Source: a virus
Lineage: Duplodnaviria > Caudoviricetes
DNA length: 64,000 nucleotides
Direction: 5' to 3' (one strand)
IMG/VR virus record: IMGVR_UViG_3300035661_000005
The notes under the pieces were generated by a model that had not been told where the DNA came from, made no database searches, and worked only from the letters and a program-made list of their open reading frames with translations. A program made the position numbers and the translations under genes. Positions 43,501 through 51,048 of this stretch are shown one piece after another. Every line of letters begins with the position of its first letter. Within the stretch, counting starts at the first letter, position 1.

Positions 43501-45367
43501 CCTCCTCAATGTGGGATCGGCGACCCCCGACACGCTCTACCTCGGAGTCGGCCAGATCCTGGTCAGCGGCACCACGGGGCGCATGAGCACGCCGGGTGAA
43601 TTCCTCGACAACACCATCCCCGGCGGCGGTGTTTTCGCCTCCCACGGTGTCCAGATCGGCGACATCCTCGTGCTCACCAGCACGACGGGAGCGAACGTCT
43701 ACGGGATCGCGGTCATCGCGAAGGTCAACGGGGCGACCCTGTACCTCACGGACACCTCGCTCGGAGCTGCAGCTCCGGCCTCCGACAACCAGATCCGCTA
43801 CCAGATCTTCCGTCGCGGCCCGATTCCGGCCGTACGCCCTGGGGATCGAATCAAGATCGAGCGCATCGTCTTCACCGCTGCGGGTGTGCCTGGAAGCAAC
43901 ACGGCGATCCTACCGACGTCCGGTAACGAGAAGTACTCGGGCATCGGGACGTACGAGGTCCGCAGCGTGGACTACCGGAAGGGGACGGTCGACGTCTCTG
44001 GGGTGAACCTCCCCTCGACGGCGGTCGGTGCCCTGGCGGTCCACGAGGCGCCCTTCTTCTTCGGTGAGATCACGTCGGGGGCAACCTCGGACAGCTCGCT
44101 GACGGCGGCGATGTTGCCGGGCGGTCCGATGATGAACGGCCGAGGCATCGGCCTCAGCGTGTTCGCCAACGGCATCGGCTCGTTGAAGCCGGAGCGCATC
44201 ATCGACTTCGTCTACAACGAGGTCGATGATGAGTACGCCGCCCTGTGGCTCGGCACGAATGCCGGCGGGGATCCGTACCTCAACATCAGCACGTTCAAGC
44301 TCTCCACAATGGAGATCTTGAAGACCGTGTTGGTCTACTACGGCTCCGCGGGGGACTCGATCGAGATCGCGGCCCTCGGCTGGAACGGCAGCGAGTACCT
44401 CGTGGTCTACGTGGATCCTACGGACTTCGAGAACCGGGTGTACGCCATCGCGTACACCCCCAGCCTGTCCGCGACGAGAGACGGCACCAAGGTGACGCAG
44501 ATCACCAACCTGCCATCCATCGTGACGCACCTGCCCACGTACTACACGACGGACCCTTACAACGCGGGTCTGCTGTCGAACGACTCGGTGCAGCCGCGGT
44601 TCAAGCAGTTCACGATCAAGTGGAACCCCATCCTGTCTCGGTGGGTCATCGGGGTCAGCGTCGCCTGGTACTGGACGGCGGACGCAAGCAACAAGGAGAC
44701 GGTGGGCAGCGGCTCGGACGCCATGAAGTCCGCCTACCAGCTCGCGGCTTCGACGATCACGTCCGCCACCGAGAAGAGCATTCAGCTCAGCTCCGGAACC
44801 GAAGTGAACCGCTACATTCAGCCGGGCCTGCGGCTCTACTTCAGTGGGGCGACGAACGCGACGGCGATCATCCAGAAGGTCGACTACGACACGCGAACCA
44901 TCACGCTCCACACGCTCGTCAGCATCATCGAGCAGTCGACCGGCGACCTCACGGGGCTACCGGCTGGCAGCGTCTGGGTCGAGCCCCGCGAGGATGTCTT
45001 CTGCATCACCCTCGGGAGCCCGAACCCGACGGTCCTGTTCGACGACGCGGATGGCACCTTCCTGGAGAACGTGACGATCTCCGGGGAGGGTACGATCGAG
45101 TCGAAGTTCCTCCGCATGTCTCGCCCCATCTGGCAGTCCGGTGGCATGATGGTCGGCAACTGGGCACGCTTCCGCGGGGTCGAGAGCACGGACAACGACA
45201 TCATGGGTGTCCACCCGGCGCCGGGCCACAACCACCGCTTCCTGGAGCCCTCGGCCAAGGTCAACCTCCCGCGCATCTCCAACGTGAAGATCAACGGGCG
45301 CTACAGGTACCAAGGCCCACCGATCATGGAGGCCCCCATCCGCAGCCGCAACACGAGGAAGGGTTGA
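37511..45367 (+). CDS. Giant tailspike / receptor-binding-like protein (2618 aa) with a pectate-lyase-like beta-helix motif and propeller-like repeats
   Basis: VHLRRGKHTISDTLVVPPGVILEGEGDSTVI is the typical start of a parallel beta-helix. About ten W/F.G..Y/F.V.W-type repeats follow. Confidence 0.6.
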   Translation: MAASFISTGSYSNLTRLELEQLRKADFFSGGKALTVGDSALPPEGVVGKGNIQAEPYTTQSSTQLDDVYSLTAPSMPGTLIGSQVSVGAPSEVVQWYGPEAITDGVHGTFTDAVHFTDATTNFSLVGVAAGDVLILRGPVDATVSPPNNEYTTAVVTGVAGAVLTLTTVNSPDGGPYVDSKLYGYTIIRPGAVQLFAVPGSGPTGEEQTFLMVLPGSTLHGNPGPTLDQINADRVVGIVPPTLTGTTLRDRADAVYAAPAPRGSGMDLGYRVILYPDNGSGTAPDLTRPITSLNPTIDPAIPAADQRMTIDYKAGTVRFSCAPKIGGDIKVGGGVGPTGRLNLYAVFFAFDQTLTKGAARHLWESRSDAQRISTPARVYYNRTTYAGWRITENADGRDFFVQAPDTDTDYRRLVRFGVIDPLAMDGRRYFTYDPELLLWRFVSQDVANTNDRVATVERAVADKTMTTVGDGTSPPMSPADLMPWGSFRGRRYSDSTIGAYLGLNISRGDYGVVHLRRGKHTISDTLVVPPGVILEGEGDSTVIEFLGLNSPGSTAAKPAIKFGPNTPWGVYDPTYDGSRVYPSQIDVAAVHIEGYQVVWNSVRRVWGVFWADATSRAIWFNEVGLDGNFLLPAHVDLKSSPALLCTTQDPLGRYHTTGHYPRVAFDEENDVYCVTWVQQVTLGGVVGPQVWFGAFQVEVDQQNERVTPFIPTVTVVLAPAAFEAAAFSDHPSVATTSNPSATLKYAVCYWRYAVAGSAATDVPTSTSIVMQTAPGNFTWGTSTHILTAPAVVTSTDVAADGWGGFEFVWSRHTHPLIMGTNGVIARPSGVAASITARTVGVSMTLTGLSGILPSYVGRKLIVSNTASGSNTGEFEILTYVSSSSVIVANKNAAAPPDGNNGSIHWEVDIGAFTDASFPDFNIYLGPQAGRRSKFLRLGKAFPTTYLSLSDFFNQDKADIYGNDYMVQPTNTSTVLELRSLRDGYAPAARTNILLVISGTGVSTGVNTITDAAVNFTTAGIQIGDQVFVNGSVNQITGVAAHQLTLADTVAASGALNYFVFVGAHHEHWAISPQTCIEGVRWWPSGVVDANVVPIAGWGSPSADTDVVLSEYEPDFVRITRGSNGFLVVYQAMRTTAQLAYPLAYNFAESAASMFASLRVNDYFAPYREHIGTNYAILNDGGQLTGPSPVQTTISYSGTLYQRMLRATEVSNRSLGTRGPMVDRPNLYGLDRNDVFPVSWNRSGNTFNIEVGCINWMHRWDNSTQVPSLIPDATWTGEDWTVVSPTKRHIHGYTGVYTVDGGGIVTFYDVTMYFGTDTPNTSDGVFQRRTIGVGDAIWFPGSGAVTITSIVDEHTVVLQADVKGLGPGSVAFNCEWALESQTDQALYGIKNAGYRVSEDGRVISSTSYMTFAAEYTDNAGAAGNGPTGQQEILTRTGSATQGMAPSGALAQVYTGYGGLLSPGTIYADSFQMGGRYIADIGWKGVAVGEPLLPTSRHLTEAPMVSIAWGENMFAFLGRDTTTSTSTTNQIKLYRQSFGPYNNGIRNLKIVNKRTTPKAYGALFYEPLSVLSTEWVYTRHGAPSSASARFDTDGFRNVYAYMGAADISYTPAYGHPSRIRYVYTDTLGRDGIHVDGPMALSESALKGSFALGTNPQVPFQSDIAGKWYGVSSPKVVWDGQRFVVAWAEGGGYGSSGGNMICLSVAPGDEDAGFQTTELGDPNDLTNVHQIHAAALTDLHNGSSVTQTTILDVAFSGKKYAVLWVAGLDTQGDGTGTIIGVTIFDQLAPGSHHGSLTFDERPLMGGLSGVTNGTQTYDDNSLVDSNAYFKSTAFEVLPGDILIAGNPGDAAYGVYQIRTVDTNSITVDRSLPAQTGLQYVVKRPLMPAGGKSYVLGSMPIFNQYGTAASVNRLEPYRTPKILWDGKQFVASWVGSAGNLNNYADVQYNGTAYDSMYVLPIPEEGLSSGEQIVQARSPGSNGFLWRPPTSGAPYLREGALGLLNVGSATPDTLYLGVGQILVSGTTGRMSTPGEFLDNTIPGGGVFASHGVQIGDILVLTSTTGANVYGIAVIAKVNGATLYLTDTSLGAAAPASDNQIRYQIFRRGPIPAVRPGDRIKIERIVFTAAGVPGSNTAILPTSGNEKYSGIGTYEVRSVDYRKGTVDVSGVNLPSTAVGALAVHEAPFFFGEITSGATSDSSLTAAMLPGGPMMNGRGIGLSVFANGIGSLKPERIIDFVYNEVDDEYAALWLGTNAGGDPYLNISTFKLSTMEILKTVLVYYGSAGDSIEIAALGWNGSEYLVVYVDPTDFENRVYAIAYTPSLSATRDGTKVTQITNLPSIVTHLPTYYTTDPYNAGLLSNDSVQPRFKQFTIKWNPILSRWVIGVSVAWYWTADASNKETVGSGSDAMKSAYQLAASTITSATEKSIQLSSGTEVNRYIQPGLRLYFSGATNATAIIQKVDYDTRTITLHTLVSIIEQSTGDLTGLPAGSVWVEPREDVFCITLGSPNPTVLFDDADGTFLENVTISGEGTIESKFLRMSRPIWQSGGMMVGNWARFRGVESTDNDIMGVHPAPGHNHRFLEPSAKVNLPRISNVKINGRYRYQGPPIMEAPIRSRNTRKG

Positions 45368-45370
45368 GCC

Positions 45371-46000
45371 ATGAGCCACTACCTGGTGGATGTCCACTCC
45401 AACCCCCTCAGTGGTGCGCGAGTCCTCGACGTGACGGATCCCCCGGACGGGCGGAGCCTCATGAACGGGGGCTCGATCATCTTTGTCCCCAACTACGTCT
45501 CGGTGCAGGACCCGACGGGCGTCGCCGACTTGATCACGAAGAAGTACCAGGGGCTCCTCGCCTACTACGCCGGCTTCGGGAACATCGTCTACGACGACCT
45601 CCTCGACACGCTCGGGGTCGACTTCGGCAACCCGGGCCTCAAGGGTAGCTTCGGTGACCGGGGAGCCATCACCCTCCCGCGGACTGGCTTCTTCTCCTCG
45701 CTGCCGGTGGCCCTGGGCAGCCCACCGGCCCAGGCGATCATCACCTGGGATTCCTACACGACGACGTGTGACACGGCTACGACTACGGACCGGACGCTAC
45801 GTCACTACAAGGAGGCCTCCTCCGGTCCCAGTAACTGGACGTGCCAGGTCAGCTTCGACGGGGGCCTGCACTACTACCCGACGACGGACGGGGCGGTGCT
45901 GAACATCCCGGTCGTAGGGCGAGGGACGAGCTTCGTTCTGCATCTCACCAACATCTCGGGCGACAAGCTGGGCCTGGGATCCTGGGCCTTGATTTACTAA
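45371..46000 (+). CDS. Hypothetical virion protein (209 aa)
   Basis: Clean ORF with typical codon bias between the fibre genes. Confidence 0.6.
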   Translation: MSHYLVDVHSNPLSGARVLDVTDPPDGRSLMNGGSIIFVPNYVSVQDPTGVADLITKKYQGLLAYYAGFGNIVYDDLLDTLGVDFGNPGLKGSFGDRGAITLPRTGFFSSLPVALGSPPAQAIITWDSYTTTCDTATTTDRTLRHYKEASSGPSNWTCQVSFDGGLHYYPTTDGAVLNIPVVGRGTSFVLHLTNISGDKLGLGSWALIY

Positions 46001-46024
46001 TCAGATCAGATTGGACAGGGAATC

Positions 46025-49000
46025 ATGAACAACCTCGGCCCCGACACCTCGCGCGTACTCGATCCGACGGCTACCGGCTTCCTGGAGGTCATCCTCCAGC
46101 AGGGGAAGCCGCCGATGGATGCGGAATTCAACCTTCTGCAGGAGATCGCCACGGGCCAGGTTCAGGCGGCGGTCCTTCGAGGGGTGCTCTCCGGGTGGCT
46201 CGGCAACGAGACCGGCCTTCCGAGCGACTTCGTGACGAACCCCAGCTGGTCCAACTGGTTCCAGTTCGGCCAGCAGCGGTCGGGAGAGAGGGCGTCCGTC
46301 AAATGGGCGATCGTCAACGGGTGGCTCATCCCGGTGGCGGGGACTCGCACGGGGAGCCCGCCTGGTGCTCCGGATGACACGGACACCTACAACAAGATCG
46401 CCCTCGATCCGCCGCCGGCCAACAGCGGTGACTTCCGCATCGACTTCATCTTCCTCGAAACCTGGCTCGCCCGGGTCGCTCCGAACCCCTCGACGGCCAA
46501 CAAGCCGAACGCCTCGGCGATCTACCGCTACGGCAACGTCGAGGGGGGCGCGACCTTCCTCCCGGACAACCTGATCGACCCGGCGCTCGGCTTCGAGACG
46601 AGCCAGCGGGTCCAGCTGCAGTACCGCATCCGCGTCGTGAAGGGACTCGTGGGCTTCACGGGCTACCCGGACGGTTTCGATCCGGCGATCGTCAGGGCGA
46701 AGGGCGCCTACGACCCGACGAACCCGGACACGACGACGGCGTACACCTTCCAGAACATGCGCCAGACGCTCGGTGATCCGGGCCTCTGGCGTGCGGGCGA
46801 CGGGACTGTCAACAACCTCGGGACGGTCGACGGCTACGTCTACGCGGTGCCGATCGCCGCTGTCTTCCGCCGTAACGGGGTCGCCTGGAACGGGGATCCT
46901 AGCCAGAACCTCAACGGCAGCTTCAACCGCGACCCTTCGGCCGTGGCTCGGGCGCTCAACCCCAAGATCTTCGCCTCGTCGGTCACGATCGCATCGGTCA
47001 TGACGGCGACCTCGACCTCGGTGACGCTGAGCACGGCGACCAACCTGCCCTTCCCGGCGACTCCGGCGACCCCCGTCACGGTTCGGATCGGCGACGAGAT
47101 CGTTCAGTACTCCTCGATCGTCGGTACGACGATGAACATCTCGGCGCGCGGCCAGAACGGTACCTCCGCTGAGGCGCATCAGGTCGGGGCGCCGGTCAAG
47201 ATCCTCTCGGGGCGTCCCGACGGACTCTTCGCCGATCAGGTGGCCGGCACGGACATCCTGGATCTACGGCACGCAGTCAACCCGAATGGCTTCGACTACC
47301 AGGCGATGCTGGAGTCGAACCTCGACAAGCTCCTCAAGGGGGAGCTGCGGACCAACTGGAAGCGCTCTGGCGCCGGGCCGCAGGGGCCGTTCGTCGCCTA
47401 CCAGGACAAGATCACGGCTGGTGCCGTCTCCCTGGGTGTCACGAAGCTCGACGCGCCAGACAAAATCAGAACGATCTTCTCGGACGCGAGCTGCCTCCAG
47501 CCGATCGAGATCGTGGCCTTCCCGAACGGGACGACCTCCCCGGCCGACGTGGGTGTCGCTTGGGGCCTCCGGATGAGCATCATCCACACGCCGGTCATCG
47601 GCGGACGGTTCAGCCCCGGAGACACGCTGGTCATCCCGGTCAACCAGCTCAAGGCGGGTCTCCCCGGAGGGGATGCCGACCAGGTCCGCTGGATGATCGA
47701 GGGGTTCGAGATGCGGGTCGACGGCAACAGCCAGCCGATCGATCCGAGCACCTACGCCCTGACGCCCACTACGCCGACGTCGAGCGACCCGCTGACGATC
47801 ACCCTTCAGGCGGGCTTCCCTACTACGACCCGTCAGCTCTACATCAAGGCGTACGCGATCTACGGCGCGGGCCGTGGCCTTTCGCGCCGCCCGGACGCGG
47901 TTCACTCGATCGCCCTCCTGTCCCCGAGCGCGGACATCCTGAGCAATCCGGTTGGGACGCCCTCGACGAACCGCGGGATGAAGATCTCCTGGGTGCCCCT
48001 CTGGAGCAAGTTCGCGGGCTCCGGTGTGGGTCGTGGACTCCCGACCGTGTCCGAGGCGTATGTCGACGCCGCCAGCAAGACGGTCGTGCTCCAGCCGCTC
48101 CAGCGGATCGAGATGCCGGCCGAATTCATCACGATGGATGGCACGGCGGCCAACATCGACCCGGGTGCGTCGCCGGTCTTCACGAACAACGCCGGATCGA
48201 GCGCCGGATCGAATGTCCTGACGGACATGACGGTCAATTTCATCACGGCCGGGGTCACGCCAGGGATGGCGGTCATCATCTCGAACGGGCCGCAACCGGG
48301 GCGCTACGTGGTCAGCACGCTGCCCTCGTCGGTCACGGCCAACACCCTGACCCTCGATAGGCCCCTCTACGCCACGACGAGCGGCCTATCGTACGCGATC
48401 TACACGGGCCAGGGGCTCATGCCCCTCCGGAAGCGCGATGGCGTCACGGCCAAGTGGGCGCAGACGGACCCGCTGAACCTCTTCTCGGGCAACCTGGAGG
48501 CGGCGACGCCCTATCCGGCGGCGACCAAGAACATCTACGTCACCCTACCTCGCCACCTGGTCCCCGGCTGGGGTGAATACAAGCTCCCGATCCTCCGGGC
48601 GGGTACCTCGATCTTCGCGGAGGGGGTCAACTACATGCTCCTCTCCCAGACGGGGGGCACGTACACGGACAACGACCGCAACTTCGTCCCGTACGCGGCA
48701 AGCGGCGTGTCGTTCGCCTGCTTCTCGACCCTGGACTTCAACCCGCCTGGGACGAACCCGGCCGCGTACAACGCGGCCTTCGGCCCCGTGGGTGGCAAGA
48801 CCTACGCAGGCATCCGGAAGTACACGGACACGCGGGGTCTGATGCGCCAGGGCCTGGAGCTGCCGCCCTTCTACGGGGTCGCCCGCCTGTTCGCCGTCTA
48901 CGAGGCGAACGACTACAAGGTCAACGGCTCGGCCTACAACGACGTCACCCGTGTGGCGACGGGGTCGCCCACGTCGGCCAAGAACCTGCTCCGGCAGAAC

Positions 49001-50404
49001 TTCGATGGTCCGCTCTTCTGGGTCGAGATCGACGAGGACGGGGATTCGACCTTCATCCTCAACGCAGACGCCCTCGACCTCTCGAAGTCCACGGTCAACC
49101 CGATCGTGAGCTTCATGGACTCCACGGCGCACTTCGTCATCGAGGCGAGCATCTTCGGCTTCGATCGTGGATCCTTCGCCCCGGACGGTGAATTCCGCCT
49201 CGTCCTGACGCAGCCGACGGGTTCCGCTGGGATGCGTCAGCAGGCGAACACGGCCTACCGTTACAACGACGGGGTCCATCCGGGGAACATCGGGGTTCCG
49301 GTCTCGGGTCCGATCGCGGTCCTCCCGGGTCCGCTCGGTGGATCGGACTCGGCGCTCATCAACTACAGCCGGACGCCCTACGGTGGCGACGCCTGGGGTA
49401 GCCAGACCAACTACATCGACATCGGCTACGCGCCGGGGTCGCTGACGAGCGGTATCGCCTACCTGTTCGAGGCCAACAAGCCGCAGGAGGCCAACCTCAC
49501 GCGGCCGAACCAGAAGGCGCTGGAAGTCCTGGCCTCGGTCAGCTTCAGCACGACGGCTGGGACGGGGCGCATCAGTGGAGTCGCCGACTCCACTGGCATG
49601 GCCCTCAACCCGATCTCGAACCCTGGGGCCGAGGATCTGACCTTCTACCCCCCTACGAGTCCAGTGGCGCCTCGGCCCCGGTTCGCCATGGGAGCGCTGG
49701 TCAACGAATTCTACCAGGTGCCGATCACCTCGAAGTACCTCGGCTGCACGGAGCGCCTCCCCCTCGGCGGCCTCTGGCGGGACAAGGACTTCAAGGGCGG
49801 CTCGTTCACCACGATGCCCGGCCCGCTGGTGAAGGGGATGGAGCGCTCGTTCGGTGCGGGTACCGGCCTGGCTCGCACCTCGACCTTGGAGGCGTTCGAT
49901 GCGGTTCCGATCCCGGACCACGGGACGGGTGAGCCGGGCGTCCTCGTCCATGTGGACGGCGAGTCGGGCAACTACTCGCCCCCCGTGGTCAACTTCCGGA
50001 CGTTCCGTGGCGGGTCGGCCTTCTCGGCAGCGGGTCCGAACCCGGGTGGGGAGGTGCTCGAAACCTCCGGCTGGAGCTTCCCGATCAACGACGTCAATCA
50101 GACCCTGTCGGCGACGGCCTACCTGGTGCGCAACACGGTCACCAACGTCGGCCTGACGGAGGTCTCGGCGGGCGATGAGCTGATGCTCCTGATCATCACG
50201 ACCGTTCAGCCGCCCAGTGACATGCACCTCATGGGACGGCAGCCGCTCACGGTCCGGTGCTCGACCAACGGGTTCGGGGAGGGTTACTCGGCGGCCGATC
50301 TCTACCGCATCGAGGGTCACCCGCTCGTCCGGAACAACGTCCACATGCAGGTCAACCCGAGCGCGATCGTTCTGACGCGAAACCCCGAGGTGGTGCAGCC
50401 ATGA
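46025..50404 (+). CDS. Virion structural / tail fibre-associated protein (1459 aa, paralog of 32676..35240)
   Basis: LQQGKPPMDAEFN, RVQLQYRIRV, GDPGLWRAGDG, GTVDGYVYAVP and RPDGLF motifs. Confidence 0.65.
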   Translation: MNNLGPDTSRVLDPTATGFLEVILQQGKPPMDAEFNLLQEIATGQVQAAVLRGVLSGWLGNETGLPSDFVTNPSWSNWFQFGQQRSGERASVKWAIVNGWLIPVAGTRTGSPPGAPDDTDTYNKIALDPPPANSGDFRIDFIFLETWLARVAPNPSTANKPNASAIYRYGNVEGGATFLPDNLIDPALGFETSQRVQLQYRIRVVKGLVGFTGYPDGFDPAIVRAKGAYDPTNPDTTTAYTFQNMRQTLGDPGLWRAGDGTVNNLGTVDGYVYAVPIAAVFRRNGVAWNGDPSQNLNGSFNRDPSAVARALNPKIFASSVTIASVMTATSTSVTLSTATNLPFPATPATPVTVRIGDEIVQYSSIVGTTMNISARGQNGTSAEAHQVGAPVKILSGRPDGLFADQVAGTDILDLRHAVNPNGFDYQAMLESNLDKLLKGELRTNWKRSGAGPQGPFVAYQDKITAGAVSLGVTKLDAPDKIRTIFSDASCLQPIEIVAFPNGTTSPADVGVAWGLRMSIIHTPVIGGRFSPGDTLVIPVNQLKAGLPGGDADQVRWMIEGFEMRVDGNSQPIDPSTYALTPTTPTSSDPLTITLQAGFPTTTRQLYIKAYAIYGAGRGLSRRPDAVHSIALLSPSADILSNPVGTPSTNRGMKISWVPLWSKFAGSGVGRGLPTVSEAYVDAASKTVVLQPLQRIEMPAEFITMDGTAANIDPGASPVFTNNAGSSAGSNVLTDMTVNFITAGVTPGMAVIISNGPQPGRYVVSTLPSSVTANTLTLDRPLYATTSGLSYAIYTGQGLMPLRKRDGVTAKWAQTDPLNLFSGNLEAATPYPAATKNIYVTLPRHLVPGWGEYKLPILRAGTSIFAEGVNYMLLSQTGGTYTDNDRNFVPYAASGVSFACFSTLDFNPPGTNPAAYNAAFGPVGGKTYAGIRKYTDTRGLMRQGLELPPFYGVARLFAVYEANDYKVNGSAYNDVTRVATGSPTSAKNLLRQNFDGPLFWVEIDEDGDSTFILNADALDLSKSTVNPIVSFMDSTAHFVIEASIFGFDRGSFAPDGEFRLVLTQPTGSAGMRQQANTAYRYNDGVHPGNIGVPVSGPIAVLPGPLGGSDSALINYSRTPYGGDAWGSQTNYIDIGYAPGSLTSGIAYLFEANKPQEANLTRPNQKALEVLASVSFSTTAGTGRISGVADSTGMALNPISNPGAEDLTFYPPTSPVAPRPRFAMGALVNEFYQVPITSKYLGCTERLPLGGLWRDKDFKGGSFTTMPGPLVKGMERSFGAGTGLARTSTLEAFDAVPIPDHGTGEPGVLVHVDGESGNYSPPVVNFRTFRGGSAFSAAGPNPGGEVLETSGWSFPINDVNQTLSATAYLVRNTVTNVGLTEVSAGDELMLLIITTVQPPSDMHLMGRQPLTVRCSTNGFGEGYSAADLYRIEGHPLVRNNVHMQVNPSAIVLTRNPEVVQP

Positions 50405-50601
50405 TCCGCTCGATGACCTACCTGGACCTGACGCCCGAGCAGCGCAAGAAGGGGGCCAGCGTCGCACGGGAGCGTCTCCGCGGGGTGCTCGCCAATCCGT
50501 TCCTCACGGAGGAGCAGCGGCTGCATGTCCACGACGAGATGCACCGGCTCGACAAGTGGGAGAAGGGGCAGCCCCTCCCACCGAAGCCCTCGGTTGGGTG
50601 A
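50401..50601 (+). CDS. Small hypothetical protein (66 aa)
   Basis: ATGA overlap with the previous stop; MIRSMTYLDLTPEQRKK...KPSVG fills the gap before the holin leader. Confidence 0.55.
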   Translation: MIRSMTYLDLTPEQRKKGASVARERLRGVLANPFLTEEQRLHVHDEMHRLDKWEKGQPLPPKPSVG

Positions 50602-50640
50602 GTCCTCCTATGGAGGACTCTGGTAAAGGAGTCCTCCATG
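50600..50640 (+). promoter_or_regulatory. Mutually exclusive hairpins over the holin RBS and start codon
   Basis: GAGTCCTCC (50600-50608) and GAGTCCTCCAT (50629-50639) are both reverse complements of the central ATGGAGGACTC (50610-50620). Confidence 0.7.
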
Positions 50641-51048
50641 CCGACGCTCGACAAGGGATTAGAGATCTTCATCAACTGGCAGACGTTCGTCTTCTGCCTC
50701 GGTATCTACTTCGCCACGCAGATCGTCCGGACCCTGGTCGAGGCGTTCGTTCCGAACGTCAAGGTGAAGGGTACGAAGACGTACCACGCGTGGAACGAGG
50801 CCTTCCTGCCGCTCGGCCCGTTCGGGACGGGGATGCTCATCGCGCTCCTGGCGAAGAAGTTCCCGTGGCCGATGCCGATCGCGGATGCCATGTCAGCGAA
50901 GCTGATGTACGGCCTCATCTGCGGCGGTGCCTCGGGCTTCATGTACGGCCGGTTCCGCGCTTTCATCCGCATCCGGACCGAGAGCAAGGATGATGGGACT
51001 GCCATCGCGGATCCCGTCTCCGTGGACAACCAACCCCCGGGGAAGTGA
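50638..51048 (+). CDS. Holin-like membrane protein
   Basis: 136 aa with about three hydrophobic segments, a GLICGGASGFMY motif and a charged C-terminus. AAGGAG RBS; located at the end of the tail module. Confidence 0.6.
   Translation: MPTLDKGLEIFINWQTFVFCLGIYFATQIVRTLVEAFVPNVKVKGTKTYHAWNEAFLPLGPFGTGMLIALLAKKFPWPMPIADAMSAKLMYGLICGGASGFMYGRFRAFIRIRTESKDDGTAIADPVSVDNQPPGK

Noticed and set aside
37511-50404. Diversity-generating retroelement targeting the fibre genes
   Set aside because: No reverse transcriptase in the window, and I saw no template/variable repeat pair differing at adenines. A dot plot would be needed to exclude it fully.
1-50600. Interpretation as a bacterial eCIS/T6SS/tailocin locus
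   Set aside because: It is contiguous and co-oriented with a lysis-like cassette and a full phage-type replication module containing inteins, and no host housekeeping genes are present.
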